Shown: positions 19,824-29,697, numbered from the stretch's first letter. The stretch: DNA of 64,000 nt from an uncultured delta proteobacterium (GCA_963803435.1 CAWDML010000003.1:1037781-1101780), one strand, 5' to 3'. The notes: generated from the letters alone by a model not told the origin. Numbers and translations are program-made.

Positions 19824-20767
19824 AGGAGGTCCTCCGGGATCTGGCCGGCTCCGCGCTCGGGCTGGTCGGGATCACCTCGCCGAGCCGCCTCGGTCGGGAC
19901 CGCCTCACGGTGGCGACCTTCCACCGCGTGCTCCCGGAGGTCGAACGCAACCGCTATCCCTATCCGATGCTGGCGGTGACGCCCGAGGAGCTCGGCGGGC
20001 TCCTCGACTTCTTCTCGGCCCACTTCCTCTGCACCACGCTGGCCGGTGCCTTCCGCCTCTTCTCGCTCGACGTTCGGCCCGAACGCCCCCTCCTGGCGCT
20101 CACGTTCGACGACGGCCAGCTCGACAACTTCGTGCACGCGCGGCCCGCCCTCGAGTCGCGCAACCTGCGAGCGACCTTCTACGTCCCGTTCGAGGCGATC
20201 GAGCGGCGGGAGCCGCTCTGGCACGACCGCCTGGGCTTCGCGCTGATGGCCGCAGGCGAGGGCGATCGCGTGGCGGAGCGCGTCGAGGAGGCGAAGACGT
20301 GGAGCCCGGAGGTGCGAGCACAGGCGGTCGCGCGCCTATCGACGGCCGCGATCCCGGACTGGGCCTCTCTCATGACGTGGGATCAGGTGCGGACCCTCGC
20401 CGCCGCGGGGCACGAGATCGGATCGCACTCGCTGTCGCACGCACTGCTCCCGCAGCTCGACGACGCCGCGATCGAGCGCGAGGTCGCCGGCTCGAAGGCG
20501 GCGATCGAGGCGAAGATCGATCGCCCGCTCGCGTCGTTCTGCTATCCGAACGGCGACACCGACGATCGCGCCGCCCGCGCCGTCGCGCACGCGGGATATG
20601 CCTGTGCGGTCACCACCCAATGGGGCGTGAACAATCGAGGGAGCGATCCGTTTCGCCTCAGGCGGTTCGACATGAACCCCCGGTATTCGATCTCCCGCAG
20701 CGGACGCCTCTCGCCGTCGCGCGTCGCCTGGCGCATGAGCGGGCTCCATCCGGGTCTCCGGTTCTGA
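19820..20767 (+). CDS. Polysaccharide deacetylase (CE4/NodB family)
   Basis: TFHRV, LTFDDG, ATFYV, HEIGSHSLSH and SFCYPNG motifs. Confidence 0.9.
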   Translation: MKEVLRDLAGSALGLVGITSPSRLGRDRLTVATFHRVLPEVERNRYPYPMLAVTPEELGGLLDFFSAHFLCTTLAGAFRLFSLDVRPERPLLALTFDDGQLDNFVHARPALESRNLRATFYVPFEAIERREPLWHDRLGFALMAAGEGDRVAERVEEAKTWSPEVRAQAVARLSTAAIPDWASLMTWDQVRTLAAAGHEIGSHSLSHALLPQLDDAAIEREVAGSKAAIEAKIDRPLASFCYPNGDTDDRAARAVAHAGYACAVTTQWGVNNRGSDPFRLRRFDMNPRYSISRSGRLSPSRVAWRMSGLHPGLRF

Positions 20768-20812
20768 GCGTGCAGCCTGGCGCCCGGAATCGATCTATGC
20801 GATCACACCCGC

Positions 20813-21382
20813 ATGCGCGCGATCTCGATGGCGATCGCCTTGCTCGCCGGCTGCGGTAGCAGTCTGCCCTATGTCTGGGTGGACATGCTCCCGGCCGACA
20901 ACTCCGACCCGGTGATCCAGACCGGTGACGAGCTCACCGTGCTCGTGAAGGACCAGAAGGATCTCTCCGGCGCCTTCCCGGTGCTCCCGGACGGAACCTA
21001 CGTGCAGCCCATCCTCGGGCCGGTGAAGGTGGCGGGCGTGACGCCCGTGGAGGCGTCCAAGCGGCTGGCCAACCTGCTCGAGGGCATCGTGGTCAAGCCG
21101 CTGGTGGCGATCACGATCACCACGCCTCGGCCGATCAACGTCGCGATCATCGGCGAGGTCCGCACGCCCGGTAAGTACCCGGTGCGGCGGGGCGAGGGTG
21201 TGCTCGAGGTCCTGGCCGCCGCGGGTGGGATCAACGAGTTCGCCTCGGACGACGGCATCTACGTGCTCCGAAAGTATCCGAGCCGCCAGCGGGTCCGCTT
21301 TCGGTACAGCCGGCTGGTGGGCGGCGATCTCCGGAGCGTGCAGTTCGAGCTTCAAGACGGGGACATCATCGTGGTGGAATGA
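20813..21382 (+). CDS. wza: Short OPX/Wza polysaccharide export lipoprotein (Poly_export plus SLBB, no C-terminal membrane helix)
   Basis: Lipobox LAGC; GDELTV...PDG...P.LG.VKVAG.T; GEVRTPGKY; AAAGG; ends LQDGDIIVVE at 189 aa. Confidence 0.85.
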   Translation: MRAISMAIALLAGCGSSLPYVWVDMLPADNSDPVIQTGDELTVLVKDQKDLSGAFPVLPDGTYVQPILGPVKVAGVTPVEASKRLANLLEGIVVKPLVAITITTPRPINVAIIGEVRTPGKYPVRRGEGVLEVLAAAGGINEFASDDGIYVLRKYPSRQRVRFRYSRLVGGDLRSVQFELQDGDIIVVE

Positions 21383-21397
21383 TCGGGCGGAGCTCGG

Positions 21398-22714
21398 TTG
21401 TACCTCGCCGTCCCCATCCTCATCGGTCTGACCGCTTCGCAGTTCGAGGCCACGGCCAACATCGGCCTGCAGGCCGAGAACCGGACGGGTGAACGACCGC
21501 TGGCGGTGTCGGGTGAGCAGGCGCTGGTCAGCGAGTTCGAGGTGGTGCCGAGCGGAGCGCTGGCGTTTCGTTTCAAGCGAACGACGCTCAGCGTCTCGTA
21601 CACGCCGCGGCTCTACACGCGGCTCGATCTCCGCGGGGGCAACACCAGCGAGTCGACGCGTCCGCTGTTCCTGCACGGCTTCTCGGCCGCGTTCACCCAG
21701 GCCTTCACGCACCGCTTCCGCATGAGTCTTTCGGGGTTCGGCTCGGTCGGGGAGGTCGACTACGGCAACGTCAATCTGGTCTCGGGCACGCCGCAACAGG
21801 TCCCACGCCAGGGCGCCCAGGGCACCACCCGGGGTACCTCGGCGGCGGGCAGCCTGCCGGCGAACCAGACCACGTTTGCCACCCAGAACTACGGCGGCAA
21901 CCTGAGCTTCGTCTGGGACGTCGCGCGAAACCACACGATCACGCTGGGCGGCGGCGGCAACTACAACTCCTCTCTGGGCGTGAACGACACCTTCCCGGTG
22001 AACTACGGCGGCAGCGCCGACCTCGGGTGGTCCTGGCGCTTCACTCCGAACTACGCCTTCAACCTGGGCGCGGCCTACGGCGAGACCCGCGTCGATCCGA
22101 CCGGACCGGGGATCGGCCGCTTCCGCTCGGTCTCGATGAGCGCCGGCTTCGACGCCCGCTTCTCCCGCGTCTTCAACGCCAGCTTCGGCGGGGGCGCGCT
22201 GATCGCCGACAACCATCCGGCGCCCGACGCTGTGGCGATGACGCAGATCCAGCCGGGCATCTCCGCGATCCCCACCGGCAACGTGGCCTTTACGTTCATC
22301 CCCACCTCGGGGCGCGGCAACTTTCACCTGACCACCACGTTCGGGGTCGGGCTCGAGGGCTTCGTCGATCCGCTGCAGGCGCAAGGCTTCACGCCGCGCG
22401 TGGCGCTGGCCTGGAACCTCAACCTGATCTTCTACCAGGACTGGAGCTTCACCCCCAACGCGTCGCTGTTCACGCCGGCCTCGCTGCATCCCCCGACCTG
22501 TCCGCAGGGCACCGATTGCAGCAATAGCCTCAACGAGACCCTGATCTCCGTCTCGGTGCCGCTCGCCTATCGCATCAACGACGGCCTCAGTATCGCGCTC
22601 GGCGCGCGCATCTCGCTGCGCGGGACGCACCTCGGCGCCGACCAGGTCCAGTTCCCCGATCGATTCATCCTCGGCTTTCTCTCGTTCACGGCTGGCGAAG
22701 CGATAAGGCTTTGA
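21398..22714 (+). CDS. Putative outer-membrane beta-barrel partner of the short OPX protein
   Basis: TTG start after a GGCGGAG SD-like sequence; signal-like N-terminus; many amphipathic aromatic-ended strands (SWRFTP, AYRIN); directly downstream of the OPX gene. Confidence 0.6.
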   Translation: MYLAVPILIGLTASQFEATANIGLQAENRTGERPLAVSGEQALVSEFEVVPSGALAFRFKRTTLSVSYTPRLYTRLDLRGGNTSESTRPLFLHGFSAAFTQAFTHRFRMSLSGFGSVGEVDYGNVNLVSGTPQQVPRQGAQGTTRGTSAAGSLPANQTTFATQNYGGNLSFVWDVARNHTITLGGGGNYNSSLGVNDTFPVNYGGSADLGWSWRFTPNYAFNLGAAYGETRVDPTGPGIGRFRSVSMSAGFDARFSRVFNASFGGGALIADNHPAPDAVAMTQIQPGISAIPTGNVAFTFIPTSGRGNFHLTTTFGVGLEGFVDPLQAQGFTPRVALAWNLNLIFYQDWSFTPNASLFTPASLHPPTCPQGTDCSNSLNETLISVSVPLAYRINDGLSIALGARISLRGTHLGADQVQFPDRFILGFLSFTAGEAIRL

Positions 22715-24674
22715 CGTCGGCGGCGGCGGCCGCGCCGGCGTGGGACGGCTTCTTCGTCAGCAGCCCGGCCCGGTGCATCCGCTTGAGCTGGCGGAGGGCG
22801 GTGACGAGCATCGCGACCACGAAGCCGACGCCGCCCATCGAGATGGCGCGGTTCATGATCTTCTTCCGCGCCGACACGAACTCGAGGTTCGGGGGCGTGA
22901 TGATGTCGTAACGGGACTTGATCGAGGCTCGCTCCAGATCGAGCTGCATCTTGGTGGTCTGCAGTGTCTCGAAGATCTGCGTGTGGAGCTTCTTGGTGGC
23001 GTCGTAGGTGCGGTTGAGCTCTGCATACTCCGCCTCGAGGTCGGGGAGGCGCTCGACGATCTGCTGCACGCGCTTCAGGTCCTTCTGCACGCGGGCGGCT
23101 TCCTGTCCGGCGATGCGCGCGGAGACCTGACGCTCGATCAGGGTCTTCTTCATCGTGTCGTGCAGCGGATTGCGGCGCTGCTCGATCAACGGCTCCTCCT
23201 TGGCCCGCTCGGAGAGCTCGCGGAGCTTCTGCGCCTGCTCCTCGAGCGCGATCACCTGGGGATGCTCGGGACCCTTGCCCTCCGCCTTGAGCGTCGCCAG
23301 CTGCCGGTTCGTCTCCACCAGCGCGTTCTGGTACGGCTGGGTCATCGTGATCTTGTCCTCGACCAGCGGCTTCTCCTCGGAGAGACGCTGCCGATCGAGC
23401 TCCACCTCGGCGTAGAGCCGGGCCGCCTGCATCGAGGCCTCGCTCTGCTGCGTGCGGAGCTGGAACAGATAGTCGTAGTACTGGCGGGCCTGGTCGGGCA
23501 GGCCGTCGATGTTCTCCTTCTTGAACTCGAGGAGCGCGGTCTCGGTGCGGCGGAGCTCCTTCTCGGAGTCTTCCAGCCGCTTGCTCAGGAACTCGGCCTC
23601 GAGGCGGATCTTCTTCAACGTCTTGTCGATCTCGGTCTCGAGATAGATCTCGAAGTGTTCCTTGAGGAACCGGACCGACCACTCGGGGTTCCGGTCGATG
23701 AACACGCCCTGATACGTGATGGGCCCGTTCGGCTTGGGCACACCGACCACGTTGAACTCGAGGTTCTTCTGGATCTCCGCCAGCCGCTCGGCCGAGAGGT
23801 CGGTCTCGCCGAGGGCGCGCAGCGTCCGCTCGATCAGCGGCAGCGCCCGGAAGTTCTGCTCCGCGGAGGTGAAGAAGCCGACGTTCTGCCGGTTGTACGC
23901 CACCACCGGATTCTGGGCGGTCTCCGGCCGGAGGCTCACCTCGAAGACGGCCTTTCGCGGCGGCGGCTTGATGAAGTAACTGCCCGCGCCAGCCACCATG
24001 AACACGCAGGTCATGGCCACGATCGACCGCCAGTAGGGGAGGAAGAACTGGAGGATCTTCTGGGCCTGCGAGAAGAGCTCCTTGAGGTTCAGCTCCTCGT
24101 CCTCTTCGGGCGCCGAAAGACGTGCGTGGTACTCGGGCGGGAGCCCCGGCGGCGGCACGTGCGGATAGCCGACGTAGGGCGGTGCATAGGAGACGGGCAC
24201 GTCGGGGCCCGCGCTCAGCATCTTCCGGGCTGGGGCGTGCGGCTCCGCCGCAGCGTGTCCGTTCGGCGTCTCGGTTCCGCGCGCGCGATGGAGGGCCTGC
24301 TGGGCGTTTTGGCGGATCCCGCGCGGAACGGATTCGCTGCCCGGCGCCGTTCGTCCGACCTCGATCGTGCTCCTGTCCGTGACGTACTCGAAGATGGTCT
24401 CGCCGCACTGGATGAGGTCACCGTCGTTGAGGAAGACCTCGGTGATCGGCTGGTTGTTCACGTAGGTCCCGTTTGTGGAACCCAGGTCACGGAGGAGATG
24501 GCGACCGTGCGAGATGATGATCTGACAGTGCTGCGACGACACGCGATCGTCGTCCAGCTCGAGCTGGGCGCCGCCGCCGGCCCGACCCACGCACTGCTCG
24601 GTGTGATCGAGCGTGTACAACCGGCCCATGTTGTTGCCGGTGCATACCCAAAGGTGTGCTTGCTGCCGGTTCAT
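22686..24674 (-). CDS. FHA domain fused to a polysaccharide co-polymerase (Wzc/GumC-like, no kinase domain)
   Basis: FHA motifs VGR...VSSQH...DLGSTNGTYVN...GDLIQCG; TM1 (WRSIVAMTCVFMVAGAGSYFI); long coiled coil with PEHPQV, EYAELNR and YDIITPP; TM2; short basic tail. Confidence 0.8.
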   Translation of the reverse strand: MNRQQAHLWVCTGNNMGRLYTLDHTEQCVGRAGGGAQLELDDDRVSSQHCQIIISHGRHLLRDLGSTNGTYVNNQPITEVFLNDGDLIQCGETIFEYVTDRSTIEVGRTAPGSESVPRGIRQNAQQALHRARGTETPNGHAAAEPHAPARKMLSAGPDVPVSYAPPYVGYPHVPPPGLPPEYHARLSAPEEDEELNLKELFSQAQKILQFFLPYWRSIVAMTCVFMVAGAGSYFIKPPPRKAVFEVSLRPETAQNPVVAYNRQNVGFFTSAEQNFRALPLIERTLRALGETDLSAERLAEIQKNLEFNVVGVPKPNGPITYQGVFIDRNPEWSVRFLKEHFEIYLETEIDKTLKKIRLEAEFLSKRLEDSEKELRRTETALLEFKKENIDGLPDQARQYYDYLFQLRTQQSEASMQAARLYAEVELDRQRLSEEKPLVEDKITMTQPYQNALVETNRQLATLKAEGKGPEHPQVIALEEQAQKLRELSERAKEEPLIEQRRNPLHDTMKKTLIERQVSARIAGQEAARVQKDLKRVQQIVERLPDLEAEYAELNRTYDATKKLHTQIFETLQTTKMQLDLERASIKSRYDIITPPNLEFVSARKKIMNRAISMGGVGFVVAMLVTALRQLKRMHRAGLLTKKPSHAGAAAAADVKALSLRQP

Positions 24675-25055
24675 CGGCGCTCTCGTTCAAAGGTGATGAG
24701 AACCAGGGTCTTCGTGACACGCCGCCTGGGAGTGAAGATTAACAGGCACGCGGACTTGAGACCACGCGACGGACGGCCCATCCCACCCACCTCTGGCCCA
24801 GAACCCATCGCCGCCGACAGTCCATTCCGGTGGTCGCCCCTTGTCACGGTCAAACCCCACCGAGGAAGGTCACTCGGGGTTCGGCCGTACCTGTCGGAGA
24901 GCCGTACTGTATCCAAGATGTCCTCCGACACCGAGAACGCCGTCACACGATGTTGCGTGCCTGCACTCCTCCTTGAGCAATCTGAGGGCGCGGGGAGCAC
25001 GGCCCTCCGCGACGCAGGGGCTCGGTCCGGACTCCAGCGCGGGGTGTAGTCGGCG

Positions 25056-26504
25056 ATGCATAGGCGTCAGGCAGACCTTTTCGCGAAGGGGCTCATCGTC
25101 TTCGACGTGGCGATCAGCGTCGCCGCCTACCTGACCACGTTCTTCCTCCGCCAGCAGCTGGCGCTGGCGGCCAAGATGTCGCCCGGCTTCCCGTCTTGGC
25201 TCCAGGTGCCGCTCGTCACCGAGGCGACCTCCTATCACCTCGTGCTCCTGGCGCTCCCGCCGGTCTGGGGCGTCGCCCTCTACCTGTCGGGCTGTACCCA
25301 GTTCCGCGGGCGCTACGCCCACATGTTCATGCGGCATGTGCGGGCGGTCGCGGTCGGCCTCGCCATCATGGTGGCCGGGCTCTTCCTCTTCAAGCTGCAG
25401 ACGGTCGCCCGCTCCTTCGTGGTGGCCTTCGGGGTCGTGAACGTCGTGTTCCTCTCGCTGGGTCGGCTCGCGATCATGGAGACCGCCGCCTTCATCCGCC
25501 GCAAGCAGGTCGACGGCCACCGGGTGTTGATCGTCGGGTGCGGGGAGATGGGTTACAACTTCGCGCGCTCCCTCCTCACGGATCGCACCTTCAACGTGCG
25601 GCTGCTGGGCCACGTGTGCGTCCCGAATGACGTCGACGATCCGCGCATCGAGGCCCCCATACTGGGGAAGATGGCCCAGCTCGACGAGGTGCTCGACAAC
25701 GACGCCGTCGACGAGGTCGTGTTCGCGATCGGGGACGTCGATCAGGAGCTCCTCGCCAACGCGCTCCACTTCTGCGACGAGCGCGGCGTCGACGTGCTCC
25801 TGCCGCTGCCGCCGGCGCTGCCTGCCCGTGCCCGGGTCGAGATCGCGAACGTCGAAGGCTTCGACGTCCCACTGCTCGGGCTCCGCCGCACGCCGAGCGG
25901 AGAGGCCCGCCTCTTCTTCAAGCGGCTGCTCGACCTGGCCACGGTCTCCATCCTGATCCTGCTCAGCTCGCCCGTGATGTTCCTGGTCGCCCTCGCGATC
26001 CGTCTCGAGTCGAAGGGGCCGATCCTGTTCCGCCAGACGCGCTGTGGTCGCAACGGACGGACCTTTACGATGCTGAAGTTCCGCTCGATGGTGGCCGACG
26101 CCGAGGCGCAGAAGATGAAGCTCCTGCACCTGAACGAGATGAGCGGGCCCGTCTTCAAGATCCGGCGCGATCCGCGGATCACCCGCGTGGGGGCGTTCAT
26201 CCGCAAGACCAGCCTCGACGAGCTCCCGCAGTTCTTCAACATCTTCCTCGGCGACATGAGCCTGGTGGGCCCGCGCCCGCCGATCCCCTCCGAGGTCGAG
26301 CAGTACAAGCCGTGGCAACGGCGCCGCCTCTCCGTGAAGCCGGGTCTCACCGGCTTGTGGCAGGTCTCGGGCAGGAACAACATCGACTTCGAGGAGTGGA
26401 TGAAGCTGGACCTTCGCTACATCGACGAGTGGTCGCTCTGGCTGGACCTCAAGATCCTGCTGCGCACGTTGCCGGCCGTCTTTTCCAAGTCCGGCGCCAG
26501 CTGA
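25056..26504 (+). CDS. Priming polyprenyl-phosphate hexose-1-phosphate transferase (WcaJ/EpsZ-like sugar transferase)
   Basis: KRLLD, GPILFRQ.R.G, KFRSM, DPRITRVG.FIRKTSLDELPQ, MSLVGPRP, KPGLTGLWQVSGR and DLRYI motifs. Confidence 0.93.
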   Translation: MHRRQADLFAKGLIVFDVAISVAAYLTTFFLRQQLALAAKMSPGFPSWLQVPLVTEATSYHLVLLALPPVWGVALYLSGCTQFRGRYAHMFMRHVRAVAVGLAIMVAGLFLFKLQTVARSFVVAFGVVNVVFLSLGRLAIMETAAFIRRKQVDGHRVLIVGCGEMGYNFARSLLTDRTFNVRLLGHVCVPNDVDDPRIEAPILGKMAQLDEVLDNDAVDEVVFAIGDVDQELLANALHFCDERGVDVLLPLPPALPARARVEIANVEGFDVPLLGLRRTPSGEARLFFKRLLDLATVSILILLSSPVMFLVALAIRLESKGPILFRQTRCGRNGRTFTMLKFRSMVADAEAQKMKLLHLNEMSGPVFKIRRDPRITRVGAFIRKTSLDELPQFFNIFLGDMSLVGPRPPIPSEVEQYKPWQRRRLSVKPGLTGLWQVSGRNNIDFEEWMKLDLRYIDEWSLWLDLKILLRTLPAVFSKSGAS

Positions 26505-26507
26505 CCG

Positions 26508-27519
26508 ATGCGCCCGGGCAACGTCCCCCAGATCCACGGGCTCGGCGCCGTCGCGATCGGGCGAAACGAAGGCGAACGCTTGCGCCGCTGTCTCGTCTCG
26601 TTGATCGAGCGCGTGGAGCACACGGTGTACGTCGACTCGGGATCGACCGACGGGAGCGTCGAGCTGGCACGGTCGCTGGGGGTCGCGGTGGTCGCCCTGG
26701 ATCTCTCGGTGCCGTTCACCGCGGCGCGCGCCCGGAACGAGGGGTGGACCGCGCTCCGCCGCGTGCATCCGGACCTCGAATACGTTCAGTTCGTCGACGG
26801 CGACTGCGAGGTGGTGGAGGGCTGGCTCGAAACCGCGCACGCGACCCTGGCCGGCCGTCCCCAGCTGGGCGTGGTGTGCGGGCGCCGCCGGGAGCGCTTC
26901 CCGGAGGCGTCGATCTACAACCGGCTGGCGGACATCGAGTGGGACACGCCCGTCGGAGAGGCCGACGCCTGCGGCGGTGATGCGATGATGCGGCTGGCCG
27001 CGCTGGTGGAGGTGGGCGGATTCGATCCCACCGTGATCGCCGGCGAGGAGCCGGAGCTCTGCGTGCGGCTCCGCCGGGCCGGTTGGCGGATCGAGCGGCT
27101 CGGCACCGAGATGACGCTGCACGACGCCGCGATGAGCCACTTCTCCCAGTGGTGGCGGCGCGCGCTGCGGGCCGGCCACTCCTTCGCCGAGGGCGCGCAT
27201 CGTCACGGTGGTGCGCCCGAGCGTCACTGGGTGAGGGAGTCGCGGCGGATTCTGGCTTTACGGGGCGGTGCTCCCGGTGCTCGCGATCGGCGGTGCGCTC
27301 CCGACCTTCGGGCTCAGCCTGGGGCTCTTCGCAGGCTACCCGGTCAGCGCCTATCGGGCGTATCGAGCGGCCCGCCGGCGCGGCCGCTCCGAGGAGGAGG
27401 CCATCCTGTACGGGATCGCGTGCACCGTGGGAAAGTTTCCCGAGGCGTTCGGCGCCGCGCGCTTTCATTGGGGACGGACGGTGGGACGAAGATCCGGCTT
27501 GATCGAGTACAAGAGGTGA
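26508..27519 (+). CDS. Glycosyltransferase family 2, +1 frameshift near 27256
   Basis: IGRNEG, YVDSGSTDGS, FTAARARN, FVDGDC and AGEEPELC; the C-terminus (..GKFPE..LIEYKR) is in the next frame. Confidence 0.85.
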
Positions 27520-27520
27520 G

Positions 27521-28273
27521 GTGGGACCCACCGTGCTCCTGAACGCGGTCCGCATCACCAACGTCTCCATGAACGAGGCGCTGGCGATGATCGAGGCGGC
27601 GGTGCGGACGGGCGAGCGGCGCTGCGGCTTCTTCGTCAACGCCGATTGCATGAACATCAGCGCCCGCGATCCCGATTACCACCGGATCCTCGGCCGCGAG
27701 GACGCCTGGGTCTTCGGTGACGGCGCGGGGATCCGGCTGGCCGGCGCCATCAGCCGCCAGCCGTTGCGCGACAACGTCAACGGCACCGACATGTTCCCGC
27801 TGCTCTGCAACCGATGCGCCTCGAACGGGCAGCGGCTCTTTCTCCTGGGCGCCCGCCCGCAGGTGGCGGACGATGTCGCGCGACGCATGTCCGCTCTCCA
27901 CCCCGGCCTCCAGATCGCCGGCACACATCACGGTTATTTCGCGCACGAGGACTGTGAGGGCGTGCTCGACGCGATCAACACCTCCGGCGCCGACATCGTG
28001 CTGGTGGCCTTCGGAGCTCCCCTCCAGGAGCGGTTCATCGCCCGACATCGCGAGCGACTGCGCGCGCCGGTGGTGATGGGCGTCGGCGGGCTCTTCGACT
28101 TCTACTCGGGCCGGATCCCGCGAGCGCCACGGCTGGTCCGCGACGTCTCTCTCGAGTGGGCCTGGCGCCTGGCGATGGAGCCGCGGCGGATGTGGCGCCG
28201 CTACCTGGTGGGCAACTTCACGTTCATCGGGCGCGTCCTGTGGTGGGAGCTGGGACGGAGGAACGTCCGGTGA
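27521..28273 (+). CDS. WecB/TagA/CpsF family glycosyltransferase (GT26)
   Basis: DGAGI, VNGTD, FLLGA, HHGYF, VAFGAPLQE, GVGGLFDF and EW.WRL.MEPRRM.RRY motifs. Confidence 0.92.
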   Translation: MGPTVLLNAVRITNVSMNEALAMIEAAVRTGERRCGFFVNADCMNISARDPDYHRILGREDAWVFGDGAGIRLAGAISRQPLRDNVNGTDMFPLLCNRCASNGQRLFLLGARPQVADDVARRMSALHPGLQIAGTHHGYFAHEDCEGVLDAINTSGADIVLVAFGAPLQERFIARHRERLRAPVVMGVGGLFDFYSGRIPRAPRLVRDVSLEWAWRLAMEPRRMWRRYLVGNFTFIGRVLWWELGRRNVR

Positions 28274-29481
28274 GCATGCTGCTCTACCCGATCGAGCTCG
28301 GCCTCCTGGTCTTGACCGGGCTCCTCGCCATCCCCAGCCTCGTCTTCTTCTTCGAGTGCACCGCCTCGCTGCTACCGGAGCCGCGGACGAAGGAGGAGGG
28401 CGAGGCGAGCGAGCCGAGCACGGTCATCGTGGTCCCGGCGCACGACGAGGCTGCCGGGATCGCGGCGACGCTCGAGTCGCTCGACAAGGCGCGCGGGGAG
28501 AAGCAGCGCATCCTGGTGGTGGCGGACAACTGCACCGACGATACGGCTGGCATCGCCCGCGCGAGCGGCGCCGAATCGATCGAGCGGACCGACCAGGAGC
28601 ACCGCGGCAAAGGCCACGCGATCGTGTTCGCGCTCGATCACCTCGCTGCCGATCCGCCCGAGGTCGTGATCATCGTCGACGCCGACTGCCGGGCCGGCGA
28701 GGGAGCGATGCGGACGCTGGCGCGGCGCGCCCACGAGACGGATCGCCCGGTGCAGGCCGACTACGTGATGGGCCCGCCGGCGAAGCACACCCCGATGAGC
28801 GTGGTCTCGGGCCTCGCCGTGCTGGTGAAGAACAAGGTCCGGCCGGCCGGACTCCGCAAGCTCGGGCTGCCCTGCCACCTCACCGGCAGCGGGATGGCGT
28901 TCCCGTGGGACGTGATCCGGAAGGCGCCGCCGACCGAGTCGTATCTGGTCGAGGACATGCTGATCGGCATCGAGCTGGCGCACCTCGGCCATCCGCCCCT
29001 CTCCTGCGCCGAAGCCGAGGTCACCAGCGAGCTCCCCGAGCGCGACGAGGCCGCGCAGGGCCAGCGCCGCCGCTGGGAGCATGGCCACCTCTCGACGCTG
29101 TTCGACCGCGGCCCGCGCCTCGTGCTGCAGGGCGTCCTCCGCGGCGACCTCGATCTGCTGGCGATGGGGTTCGACCTGCTGGTCCCTCCGATGGCCCTCC
29201 AGGTGATGCTGTTGATCGCCGCCGTCGGGCTGTCGTTCGGGGGCTGGGCGATCGGCTTGTCGTACCTGCCGCTCACGACCGCGGCCTTCTCGCTGTCGCT
29301 GGTCGCGGTTGCCGTGATGGTCGCGTGGCTCGCCTACGGGCGAAAGACGCTCCCGTTTCGCTATCTGGCCTTCGTCCCGTTGTATCTGGTGTGGAAGATA
29401 CCGCTGTATCTCGCGTTCTTCTTTCGGAGAAAGCAGCGCACCTGGGAACGCACCGAGCGCAAGGCTGAGCCTAAAGGCTAA
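28270..29481 (+). CDS. Membrane glycosyltransferase family 2 (cellulose-synthase-like motif set)
   Basis: PAHDE, VADNCTDDT, GKG, DAD, LVED and QRRRW motifs; N- and C-terminal transmembrane helices; GTGA overlap with the WecB gene. Confidence 0.9.
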   Translation: MSMLLYPIELGLLVLTGLLAIPSLVFFFECTASLLPEPRTKEEGEASEPSTVIVVPAHDEAAGIAATLESLDKARGEKQRILVVADNCTDDTAGIARASGAESIERTDQEHRGKGHAIVFALDHLAADPPEVVIIVDADCRAGEGAMRTLARRAHETDRPVQADYVMGPPAKHTPMSVVSGLAVLVKNKVRPAGLRKLGLPCHLTGSGMAFPWDVIRKAPPTESYLVEDMLIGIELAHLGHPPLSCAEAEVTSELPERDEAAQGQRRRWEHGHLSTLFDRGPRLVLQGVLRGDLDLLAMGFDLLVPPMALQVMLLIAAVGLSFGGWAIGLSYLPLTTAAFSLSLVAVAVMVAWLAYGRKTLPFRYLAFVPLYLVWKIPLYLAFFFRRKQRTWERTERKAEPKG

Positions 29482-29553
29482 CCAGACTCCACGTCCCGGG
29501 GACAGGACAGCACGAAGGAAGAAAATGGGCCCGGGCTCTGCTGGGCTCCAACC

Positions 29554-29581
29554 GTCGACAGTCCACGGTTGACAGTCGACA
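29554..29581. repeat. Degenerate heptamer tandem repeat, 4 units
   Basis: GTCGACA-GTCCACG-GTTGACA-GTCGACA. Confidence 0.6.
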
Positions 29582-29621
29582 GATTCGGACGCGGTTTCGA
29601 GTTGGTTGCGCGGGTCAGCCG

Positions 29622-29697
29622 GGCGTCTATTGGATGCCGGTGTACGAAGTGCTCGAGGGGGCTATCGACATGGTGATCGGCAACGCGCACCACATGA
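29622..29697 (+). pseudogene. IS110-family transposase fragment
   Basis: Reads GVYWMPVYEVLEGAIDMVIGNAHHM, resembling the IS110 N-terminal (EST)GxYWxPV...VNAxH motif. Confidence 0.6.

Noticed and set aside
19061-20767. Apparent CMD / polysaccharide deacetylase fusion (568-aa ORF)
   Set aside because: Caused by a +1 frameshift near 19655; the CMD C-terminus is in another frame and ends in a GTGA overlap with the deacetylase start.
24675-25055. 381-bp divergent intergenic region as a possible ncRNA or riboswitch
   Set aside because: No recognisable RNA motif or convincing promoter consensus found by eye; most likely a divergent promoter region.
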